NCBI GenBank assembly: GCA_039096225.1
Contig: JBBPEB010000028.1
Span: 310,001-374,000, forward strand
Direction: 5' to 3'
From: Blastocystis sp. Blastoise
Taxonomy: Eukaryota; Protista; Bigyra: Opalinata
Length of the DNA: 64,000 bases
Shown here: one piece after another, positions 48,470-64,000 of the stretch
Layout of the letters: every line of letters starts with the position of its first letter
Numbering within the stretch: position 1 is the stretch's first letter
Made by a program: the position numbers and the translations under genes
Notes under the pieces: generated by a model
The model's input: only the letters and a program-made list of their open reading frames with translations
What the model was told of the DNA's origin: nothing
The model's database searches: none

Positions 48470-49386
48470 ATGGATGATGAAGATGATTTCGAAGTGAAAT
48501 CTGGAAGGACAGGGTTTGCTCCAATAAAAAATACTATTCATGTATCCATGCTTCCCTACTCATATACAAACAACGATATTGCTAAGATGTTCGAAGTATA
48601 TGGAAGATTGGCAAAAGTTACTGTAATGCGTGATAAAGAAACAAGACAAAGTAAAGGTGTTGCCTTTGTTCAATTTGTAGAGTATGTTGAACTATATATA
48701 TATTATTTCTTTGTTTTTCTTTGTTTTAAAAATGTTAAATGTTAAATTATTCTTTATTTGTATATAAATAGGCATGAGAGTGCAGAAGAAGCGATAGAAA
48801 AGACAAATATGACTCCTTGTGAGGTAAATATATTCAATATTTATTCTATTTGCATAATTCTCCTGAAACTCTTATTATATTAGAAGACTTAATATAATGT
48901 TATTCTTTGTTTATTAGTAACGAAAGTTGCTACTAATAGAATACAATATATATAGGGTTTTACATTAAGAGTAGATTGGGCAAAAGATAATGGTCGTGGA
49001 GGTGAATTTATTCGAAAAAGGAGATATACAAAAGTGAGTATATGTTTTGAATGTGGTGTATGTATATATTTTATTACAATTAGTTTATAGTATTTGTTTC
49101 TGAAATAATAATAATAATATATATATATATATATATATTATGGTATACATTTAATTATATTATACTATATTATTCTATTATAATTCTATAAAGATAACAT
49201 TGAGTATTGTATGATCTATAGGAACGAGGTCATATGTCCTATAAATGTCCTCATAATAAATTAGGAGATCGGGCAAAACCGAAGAAGAAGAAGAAGAAGG
49301 ATATTGAAGCTATTCCTGAACATATAGCTACGTTTATTAATAATGATGATGAAGATGATTTAGGAGGATCAGCTTTTGCTTTTTAA
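48470..49386 (+). CDS. ZCRB1: U11/U12 snRNP 31-kDa protein (RRM + CCHC zinc knuckle), 4 exons
   Basis: [80 protein letters not shown] match the ZCRB1 signature. Confidence 0.93.
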
Positions 49387-49528
49387 TTATATATTTTGTT
49401 TGTGTAGATCACTTTTTGTTTGTTATATTTGTATATAGAATCAAATTTAAATTATCAAAATTATGTTTTTTCACAATATCTAGGATTCCTATTTTGAAAA
49501 TAATATTTAATCACTGTCTTTACATATT

Positions 49529-49581
<53 letters not shown>

Positions 49582-49745
49582 AAAAAAATAACAAAACACT
49601 AACAATAATAGGAGAGTAACTATTATTCTACAAACAAATAAAAAAATATCATATATATATATATATATATATATATTACTAGTATCTGTAGACATGAATG
49701 TCAATAGATTCATATATATATCATACATAGATATATATATATTTA

Positions 49746-50741
49746 TTACTTTTTAGAATGTTTCTTTGATTTTTTATTTTTTGGTTTTGATTTAGAATCA
49801 TTTTCTTGATTGTGATCTTCTGCTATTAAATCACTACTTTGTTTGTCATTCTCTTTATCTTTAGGTTCTGATTGAGTTTCTGCATTTGAATTTGACTGTT
49901 GTTTCTCTTGACAATGAGGGTCATGACAATGACAATGATGGCCTTCTTCTTCTTCTTTTTGAGTGAACTCCTTCACGATAATATGTTCTTGTTCTATAAC
50001 TTCATGTAAATCACGTCTCATATGTAATCCATTCTCACCATCAGCATAATACTTGACATCAACATCTTCTAAACTATACAGAATTATTTATTGAATTATA
50101 GGCTATTATTATTTTAATAGTAATCAATAATAATAAATAAAGAAGTGTTCTTTTAAAAAATTATGATTCATACTTGAAATAATATATAATATATAATATA
50201 TATATAATATATATATACTGGAAATGTAAGACATCTTCATAAAGATGACGAGCTGCATAGTTACTTTCACGAACATGTAAATCACACCATTTACAATTAT
50301 AAATAGTAATCATTCTCTTTTGTGTTTGTCTCATTAACATTTCAGCTAAACCTAAACGACGATATGTTCTAAAAACAGCAAGAGAAGTAATATGACCAAC
50401 ATCTAACTTATCATCATCATCATCCCTAAAATAAAGATAAGAAGAATGTATAAAGATATAAAATAAATAATAAAATAAGTAAAAAAATAAAAACACTTAA
50501 AAAAATAATAACAAAACATACAATTTACCTAATACATATCCTACAATACGACCTTGAGCATCTTCAGCAACCCAAGAAAGTTCAGGCCAAGAAAGAATAT
50601 GGAAATAATAATATTTCATTTGATAGTTTTCTGGAAGAGACAATAAATTTGCTGTCTGAATGGAAATCAAATCCTCTGCCTATTTTAAGTATATACTCTA
50701 AATACAATATCACATACAGTTGCTTGTCTAATTGAAGCCAT
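49746..50741 (-). CDS. NAA10: NatA catalytic subunit Ard1/Naa10, 4 exons
   Basis: [52 protein letters not shown]. Confidence 0.96.
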
Positions 50742-51819
50742 GATCGATTTATTTACTAATTAAATGTTTTAAACATGAAAATGATAGAAAAGCTCTCCTT
50801 AAGAAAAAGGGTCGTTTCTGCTAGCGGCATTTTGCTTGATTTGCTTTCTCACCTTTTTCAGTATTTATTCACATAATTTCTGTTTGAAAAAAGAAATAAT
50901 CCTGGAATATATATGTTTCTTTGTATTGACTTTTTTCTTTAATAAATAGTTGTTCTTTATGTATCTAAATCAATTCATAAATTTCATGAAGATATAGTAA
51001 TGATAAGCAGTTGAAAATCAAAATTTCTTATGTTTAAATGGATTTCAATGAGAATTATTATAGTCTTTTAAAAAAGAACTAAAATCACACTTAAAATAAT
51101 ATTGATCAAAGTCATGTGCAACGTATTATATGACTTTAACATGATTTATTGTTCACATCTTCAGTCTCTGACTTTATTTCATTGTTTGCTTATCAATTGT
51201 ATTGTTTGATCAAATAAAATATCTGCGTGTTATATAATTATCGGATTAATATAGATACTTACAGTCATTTTTTCTTTTTGCACATAATTGATTTTATCTT
51301 CCTTATAACACAGCAATATCAATTGTATGAACAAACTGAAACTCTTTAGTTAAATAAAGATGCAGAAATAATTAGTATTTACAAGAAAAACTAATAGAAT
51401 ACACCATTTCGTGACTGTCTTTTTGTTGATGACACCAAAGCATACATAAACCAATGTACATTCACCTATATTATATTTATATGAAGTTTTATATATCATT
51501 GAGTTTTATATTAATGTTTTATAAAGAGTATATAAATAAAATAAAAATCTTTTAAGGGTAGTTAGAATTATTCTTCGTTAGGGTAATACCTCCCGTAAAG
51601 CGTATTTTTTGTATGGAGAAAAAATGTTTTAGATAAATTATCAATGCAAGTGTTGCTTTTAGTTTCTATTTTTGATAAAAAATGACGTATTTTTTTTAAT
51701 TATCAAAAGAATTGCTAAAAATTCAGTCAATTACTGAATGCACTGTCATCCAATCTCAAAGTTTTTCTTTTTTTCTTTTTTTAGAATTACATTGTCTTTG
51801 CCATTTACTTATCTAAAAT

Positions 51820-52386
51820 ATGTCTAATCCCAGAGAAATTGCTCAATCCTTTGTTACTTATTTCTATCAAGTTTTTGATAGTGCTCCTGCTAATCTTGCT
51901 GGACTCTATTCCAACGATAGTATGCTTACTTTCGAAGGTCAAGAATTCTTAGGTGCTGAACAAATTCTTGGTAAGATCAACTTAAGTCTCCAGTTATTTT
52001 CTCTTCTTTTTTGTGGAAACATATATAATATGTTCTATACATATATATGTCTTAAATATTAAAAACAAAAATTTTTAATCTTCAATTTTTCTACTCTACT
52101 GGTGCTACTTTCGTTCACAAACCTGAAACTCTTGATGTTCAACCTCTTTTCGATGGTTCTATTCTCGTTGTTGTCAGTGGTTCTCTTACTGTATCTATAT
52201 ATATTTGTGTTTTTGAGTATTTTATATATATATATATTTTTCAAAATTATGTTTTCTATGTATATAATATTTATGTAGATTGATACTAACAATCCTCTTC
52301 AATATTCTGAAAGTTTCATTCTTAAGAATAATGGTGCCAATAGTTTCTATGTTGCTAATGATGTTTTACGTCTTATTTATATGTAA
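51820..52386 (+). CDS. NTF2: Nuclear transport factor 2, 121 aa (exons 51820-51981, 52095-52190, 52279-52386)
   Basis: FVTYFYQVFD..LAGLY..SMLTFEG, TLDVQP, VSGSL, FYVANDVLRL. Intron 1 reads TT...AC as assembled. Confidence 0.93.
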
Positions 52387-52858
52387 ACTTCTTCAGATTA
52401 GTATTATGTCTTTATAAGTTGTTGTGTTTACAAAATTGATTTACCATTTTTAGATCAAAATAATATTGAGTTTTCAAATAAGAGGACAGTCAATTGTGTA
52501 AAGTAGTTCAAAATCATAGTATGTCTTTTTAAATTTCTTTTTCTTTTATGGTATATACAAAGCAACTCTATATCTATATTATGCACATACAGAAGATTAA
52601 AAAAATCACCTAATTTGGTTTTAATTTAAGAGTAATCTATTTATCGTTGTCATTTTTATAAGTCAGCATTGATTAACAGTTAGTATAGACTTGAATAAAG
52701 CTACCAGAATGCTTAAATCATTCATATTCAATGTAAATATGTAAAAAAACAGAGAAAACTAGAATAATCATAGTTTTTTTCTCCATTTCCCAGAAAAAGT
52801 CAGATAATTATTTTGAAACAGCCTTTAAGGTTTTTTTCCTTCTTTTCACTTCGTAAAG

Positions 52859-54227
52859 ATGAATTCAACTGAACCGACTTTACCAAGTGACATCGAGATT
52901 CATCCACAGATTAAAGTAGTCATCGATTACTATAAGAACCGTGTCAAGCAATTAGAAAGTTTTGAAGTCAGAAACACTCAATTAGAACAACAGTACCGTG
53001 CTCTTCAACAAGACTACTTAGTTGCTCAAGCTGGTGTCGATTATTACAAGAAACTTGTATGTCTCATGTCTATTCCTCTATTTATTTTTGTGTTTATCAT
53101 TTGTTGATACTGTAATTAATAATATTAAATTGTGTAGCATAAGGAATCCATGGAAGATGAAGATGATCATTTTGAAAAGTTATATATCGAAGAAGGCAGG
53201 AGAAGAAAACAACACGAAGAGACAATAAGTCGTTTAGAAAATACGTTGAAATGCTTACAATTATCGCAAGCAACTACAAACAAACGATATGAAGATTTAA
53301 GTAGAGAATATAAGTTTCTTACTGATAATCTAGATATTGAAAAAGAAACTCGTATTTATTTATTTTAGTTGTTTATCTATTTGTAGAAGATATTTATTAA
53401 TATTGTTTGTAGTGTAATATTATATGTTTTTTTTTCTTTTTATAAATTTATTATACTTATTATTATTATTATACTTATACTTATTATTATAAATAGTATT
53501 AAATCAGATTCGTCGTTTGCAGGAGGAAGTGAAGAATCTTCAGCAATATCGTCATCGTGAGGATAGTGTTCCCCGCCCAATTCCAGGGCGGGATAGTATG
53601 ACACGTGACAGTCGATGGTCAATGTCTTCAAGTAATGATATTTACTGCGGTAGTTCAGGATCTTATTATACTGTATATATATTATAGTATATATGTTATA
53701 TATTATATATTATATATATTATATATTATATTATATATTATATACACATTATATATATTATACTATTCTTATTTATTCTTTTCTATATTTAAAACTATAT
53801 ACTTTTAAGTTTTCTTTTTTTTTTGTAAAAACCAAGTATACTATATATTTATATAGTCTCAGCCTCCTCGTTCGACGACTCACCTTGAGCGCGGGCGCCA
53901 CAGGCGGTTTGAGCAGGATGATAATAAAGTGCTCGATGAGTGGAAAAGTGTGTCTCGACATATTATGAAACATCTTGGAGAAGCTTATGTCCCTAAAGCT
54001 AAAGTATATATAGTATTATATAGTATTATATAGTATTATATACTAGTCTATTATATATCCTATTTACATTCTATGTATCCTGTTTATATGTTATATATTA
54101 AATAATCTCTATATTTTTAACATAGAAGATCTCTTTATTTTCTATATATTCAAAGACTATTATATAATTCTATTCTATATCATTTTAAACATTCTATAAA
54201 CTTTATCCTATCTCTCTACATGTTCTT

Positions 54228-54258
<31 letters not shown>

Positions 54259-54611
54259 CTATAGAGTTATGTTCTATCTGAAATATCTCGTCTTACTTAT
54301 TTAACTATTAATATACAACAAGTATCGTGGGATGAGAAATCGGTTCAATGCTATTTATGTCATAAACCATTCTCATTTATATCAAGGAAACATCATTGTA
54401 GATATTGTGGAAATGCATTCTGCTCTCAATGTATTCCCAGGAAAATAGCACAATCCAATTCTGTTCATAGTGAACCTGTCAAGGTATATATATATATATA
54501 TATGAATCACTTTTATATATATAAATGTTGTATTAATCAAATAAGGATTCAATATTATATATATAGTGCTGTATATTATGTGAGCAAATGATATCATCTG
54601 TATTAAAGTAA
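52859..54611 (+). CDS. Coiled-coil protein with C-terminal FYVE zinc finger, 6 exons
   Basis: Spliced WDEKSVQCYLCHKPFSFISRKHHCRYCGNAFCSQC...CCILC; five in-phase GT-AG introns. Confidence 0.9.
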
Positions 54612-55015
54612 TTGTCATGTATTTTTGTTAAAATGTTCTTGTTTTTTATGTGTGTTTTTATTTGTCTTTCAATTTCTCAGTTATTTTCAAAATAATCAAT
54701 CATGTTCTATTATACTCTTGTTTTCTAGCTGCTCTCTTATTGTCAAAATGATCTATGCTATTATTTGTTTAGCTATTCTTTTTTATTCATTACTAATTAC
54801 AATTTAATTTGTCTTTATCATCATTAGATTTTAATATTTCGATTTATTTTTTTTTTTTATAAACAGTTTTTTTTTCTAACTCTTCTTCATATTTAAGCAA
54901 ACAATGATTTAAAATGTTTTTTTTAAACAAAATTTCGAAACACGGTTTTATTAAAGAAAGCGGCTCTATTTTCATTTTGTTTTATTATTATTATTTTTCG
55001 ATTCGTATATTAACA

Positions 55016-56202
<1,187 letters not shown>

Positions 56203-56985
56203 GTATCAAACACTATTTGATTTGCTTTTTTTTTGTCGTTATTTAATTTTATATGTTTATAAACTTGTTTTATTCAATTTAAATTATCAAAAAGACATAG
56301 TCTTCATTATGTGTATATTTCATATTTTGCATAAAATAGAAATAAACCTAAATCTACGATGATTGGTCTCAAAAGCTTTGAAGCATAATTTCATATATAT
56401 CTGTTATTGAACATTAATAGTTTTCATACATATATTCAAAACATACTATATATAAATACAAAAAAAGAATTATAATACACGTAATTAACGATTTGATTTT
56501 GTTTTAAACGCGATCACACTATCAAGAACTTGTTTTTCTTCATTTATCTTATGTACTCACTAAGAATAAGGTTCAAATGAATACTATTATCTGATTTATA
56601 AAAAGAGAGTTAGTTTATGAACCATAGGTTCAATTCCACTTAAAAAATCGTGCCAATTTTCAGTGATTTCCGCGACAATTCCGTTTACTTGAAACAGTGG
56701 TCTGGAGGTTCTTTTTATAAAAAAAGACTGGAGGATCGTTATAAAGGAATGGCTTTAAGAATCATAAAAAAAGTTTAAAAAATGCCTGGATTGTTCGGAG
56801 GTATTCTTGGAAAAAGATCTTTTTCGTTGGATAAAAATTAACCCATAAAAATAAAGAGAACTTGTCATTGTGTTTGGTTGCTTTCGTCTTTTTCTACAGG
56901 TGTTAAATTTCTCATGCGATTTCCACATTCATATTCATTGGAAATCTAATATTTACAACCTTTTACATTTTATTTCACTACTCTA

Positions 56986-59370
56986 ATGAACAGAGAGTCG
57001 AACAATAATATAGATGATGAAGTTGGAAAGTCAATTAATGGATTCTTCAAAACGTATTCACTCTTCTTCACCATTTCTATTTCTCCATTATCTGATCTAG
57101 TCGTTCTTTTGGAAAAGTAGCTTATGGCCTTGATATTGGTGGTACTTTAACAAAAATGGTTTATTTTCAACCTTCACATTGTTCTGGAGATCCTGAATAT
57201 GTATGGTTTTATTTCTACAGATTGTATGAATGTCATTTATAGATGGAACGTGTCAATCATTTTATAGAAGAACAATCAAAAATTGAAAAATCTGGTGTTG
57301 ATGAAAGCTATAGTATTTATATCGATTCCCTTGGAGGTTGCTTACATTTTATTAAATTTCAATCAGCATTTTTTATGGTATATAGGATATTTATTTTGTT
57401 AATTATAAGATATTTATTATTATATAATATATTTCTAATATATAGGATGTTATAAATCTTGTTAAAAAGAATGGTTTATCAACTCCAGATATGCTTATAT
57501 CAGGTACAGGTGGCGGTAGCTTTAAATATGAACAATCTATTCAATCTGAATTAGGTTGTACTTTTTATAAGGTATATAAAATATTGTGTTTAATTATATT
57601 CTATTTATTATATTTATTTTTTTATATTATATATTCTATACTATATTATTATGCTATGATTTTGTTATTTAATTATTATATATTATATTATATTATTATA
57701 TTATATTATGTATACTATATACTATATACTATTATATAGGAGGATGAATTAGAGTGTTTAGTTCGTGGAATGGCCTTTATTCAAGAGAATAATAATAATG
57801 AGTGTTATACCTATATACCTACTTCTGTTGATAATGGTGATGTTCACTGTATCAAGAAAACCGTGGAAATGAAACAATCTCCTTATCCTTTCTTACTAGT
57901 TAATATCGGAAGTGGTGTTAGTATACTTAAAGTATGTTTATTATATACTATTATATACTATTATATTATTTATATTATATTATATTATATTATATATTAT
58001 AGGTAGAGAGTGAGCACGTGTGTGAGCGTGTTGGCGGTAGTGGTATTGGCGGGGCGACCTTCTTAGGTTTAGCAACATTATTAACAGGAGTAGAGAGCTT
58101 TGAAGAAGCTATTAATCTAGCCAGTAAGGGAAGCAGTAATAATGTTGATATGCTAGTTAAAGATATTTATGGAGGTGATTATTTAAAGTTTAATTTAAAA
58201 GGAAATACTGTTGCTAGTAACTTTGGTAAATTAGTAAGAGAAACAGAACGAAAAGAAGGAAAGAAAGATGAAGATATTTGTAGAGGATTACTTAATATGG
58301 TCACTAATAATATATGTAGGTTATTATATTTATTATTTATATTATTATTATTTATATTATTATTATTTTTTATATTATTATTATACTTATATACTTATAT
58401 ATATATATGTTCAATTGCATATTTACATGCGAAGCGTTTAGGAATCGATAGAATTATTTTTAGTGGTAATTTTCTTCATAAGAATAAGCCCGCCATGTAT
58501 TTAATTACAAACTCACTTCGTTATTGGTCTGCAGGTATATATATATATATATATAATGAATATTATTATTATTATACTTATTATATACTATATATACTAT
58601 CTTCATTGAATAGAAATACTAATAGTATATATATATATATATAGGTATAATAAAGGCATTGTTCTTAGAGCATGAAGGGTATTGCGGTTGTGTTGGGTCA
58701 CTATTATGCCGAATCGATAAATATATAGATCAATATCTAGACTCTCTTATTCAAGGAAACTCACAGTATATATACTTATTATTATTATTATTATTATTAT
58801 ACTTATTATTATACTTATTATTATATAGATATAGAAATAGTGATCTTGAATTGAATTCTTTAAAGAGACGTTTATCTATTGATCTTAATCTTAAATATAA
58901 TCGTGACACATTCTCCGTCACTCCAAATAATACCGGAAATGAGGATGACGTCGACTCCGTCGATATGGATACACATGCACGTGTATGTAAGTTATCATCA
59001 TATAATTGGAGAGATAATAGTGAAACTGTTACTATATTTGTGAGTATTCCTGATTTGAGTGAGTCTTTAAGTGAACCGAAAGTACGATTAAATGGAGGCA
59101 GTCGATTTATATCCTTATTAGTACATATTCAAGATGAATATATATATACACTTAGAATACCCGTCTTATATGCTGTATATATATATATATATATATTATA
59201 AATATAATAATAATGATAATATATAGAGTATTGATAGTGATACTTTAGATTATGAGATAGAGAATAATACTATATATATATCTGCTGTTAAGAAGGAGCC
59301 AGGGGAGTGGCCTCGTTTGGAGTTATTTATTAAGAGAAAAGAAGGAAGGTCACAAAGTCTTAATTATTAA
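56986..59370 (+). CDS. PANK: Type II pantothenate kinase fused to a C-terminal CS (p23/HSP20-like) domain
   Basis: GLDIGGTLTK, TGGGSFKY, YPFLLVNIGSGVSILKV, GGSGIGGATFLGL, VDMLVKDIYGGDY, FLEHEGYCG. Then YNWRDNSETVTIFV...KKEPGEWPRL. Confidence 0.92.
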
Positions 59371-60180
59371 TGATTCTATACTATTTATTACATAGGATTT
59401 ATTCTATACTTTTCTATATATATATCCATTTTTACTGATTCTAGTGTAGTTTCTCAAATATAATCTATTCTTTTTATTCTTTATTTTTTTATATATATTT
59501 CTGTATTTACGTAATAAACAATACTTATTTTTTGACGTAATGTAATATCATATATATACATATTTTCTTCTTTTTTAATATACTTTTTCTCTTTTTATTA
59601 TTTGACCACATATGAGAGTTACATTATATATCGTTAACTATTATAGTTATAAGTTTTTAAACAAATTATATAGTTTTGTTTTTAACAATTGTTTCGTTTT
59701 AGAAATTGTTTTCATACTTGATATAATTATCGAATTTTTTACAAAAAAATAAACTTGAATTAGCTATTGATCATTGGAAACAATAAAAAAAAAATACTAA
59801 TTTTCTAGTTTTACAGTTTATTTATGTGAAAAGACATATAATTATAATAAGATAATAACTAAAACACGTGTTTTTAAAGATATACAAAAATAATTCAATT
59901 TCAAATATATATTATAATATACATAAATATTTAATATAAATTATGAGAATAATTTCATTTGTGAACTCTGTTTAGATGAAATTATTGATATATATATATA
60001 GTATATATTATATATTAATTCAAAAGAATAGAGTCTCAGGAATGAATTAAAACAACAAAAAATAAAAAAGGAAAAATGGAAAATAATGAAAAATAATAAT
60101 ATATATATAACCCCACTATAATAAATAAATAACATAATAAATACTATATAAGACAAGAACCATATAAATAATCATTTCTT

Positions 60181-63423
<3,243 letters not shown>

Positions 63424-63644
63424 CTTTAACTTGTATTGTGAATAATGAAAAGACTCTAAAAAGTTAAATTAGTTTCTTTCTCGTATTTCCTATAAAGAAA
63501 TATTAGAAAATTGCTCAGAATTGCGATATTTGTTTATAAAAAAGAAACAAACAATTGCGAAATTCAACTCGTTTCAGAAAAAAACTAGTTTGTTTTTTGT
63601 TTTGAAGTTATACGAATTATAATTGATATATATATTCAATTCTA

Positions 63645-64000
63645 ATGTACATCGTATCTCCAAAACTCTCAAGTGAAGTTCAAAATGATATATTTGTTTC
63701 TTCAGTAGATCCCGAATTTCTTTCTGCTTTCTCTAGTGTATATTTTATATTTTATTCTAATGAGACTGTGACACGTAGGTTTTTTATGATGATAAGGCTA
63801 CAGAATTATTAAAAGAAGAATCATCTGAGCATAAAACACTCTTCTATGACATTCAAACTACACAAGATATTGATCAAGATAATCACTATGATCTGGTCAT
63901 TAATCCTGTATTTATTTATTCATAAAAATATATCATTTTGATCAAATCATCTTGATTTAGTATCCTGAACCTTCGTTTAATTCGTTTTTTCAAATTGGTA
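63645..64000 (+). CDS. Hypothetical protein, 3' partial
   Basis: MYIVSPKLSSEVQNDIFVSSVDPEFLSAFSS|VFYDDKATELL...VINP|YPEPSFNSFFKL| with phase-0 GT-AG introns. Confidence 0.7.

Noticed and set aside
59109-59118. ATATCCTTAT inside PanK as a U12 donor
   Set aside because: It lies in an open coding frame (RFISLL) needed for the CS domain, with no matching branch site or AC.

Overview
This is an extremely AT-rich, intron-dense eukaryotic contig. I infer a Blastocystis-like gut stramenopile from the gene content and a TGTTT(A/G)TT motif downstream of gene ends; this is not proven. Manual splicing supports about 23 genes: cyclin L (5' partial), MIF, HPPK-DHPS, a 56-aa microprotein, a C1orf131/DUF4602-like protein, CDC45, RNF113A/CWC24, a mitochondrion-targeted Ffh/SRP54 M-domain-only protein, a Ser/Asn-rich protein, a BTB-TLDc protein, an intronless MFS transporter, ALG1, TIM22, a 90-aa ORF, a PWI/SRRM1-like protein, ZCRB1 (U11/U12-31K), NAA10, NTF2, a FYVE protein, an FRG1-like protein, a pantothenate kinase-CS fusion, GEX1/KAR5/brambleberry and a 3'-partial unknown gene. 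Two gene-free blocks are mobile DNA: a 5.46-kb CACTG-ended element filled with decayed intron-containing sequence, and a ~10-kb nest of two Helitron-like copies flanking a CAC-ended TIR element. The strongest signal is a divergent minor-spliceosome system: two AT-AC U12-type introns share the atypical branch site TCCTTCAT at identical spacing, and the window also encodes ZCRB1. Four other introns have non-GT-AG ends, but every odd base equals the base of the spliced mRNA junction, so an RNA-polishing artefact must be excluded first. Most long ORFs in the supplied track are microsatellite or intron read-throughs.
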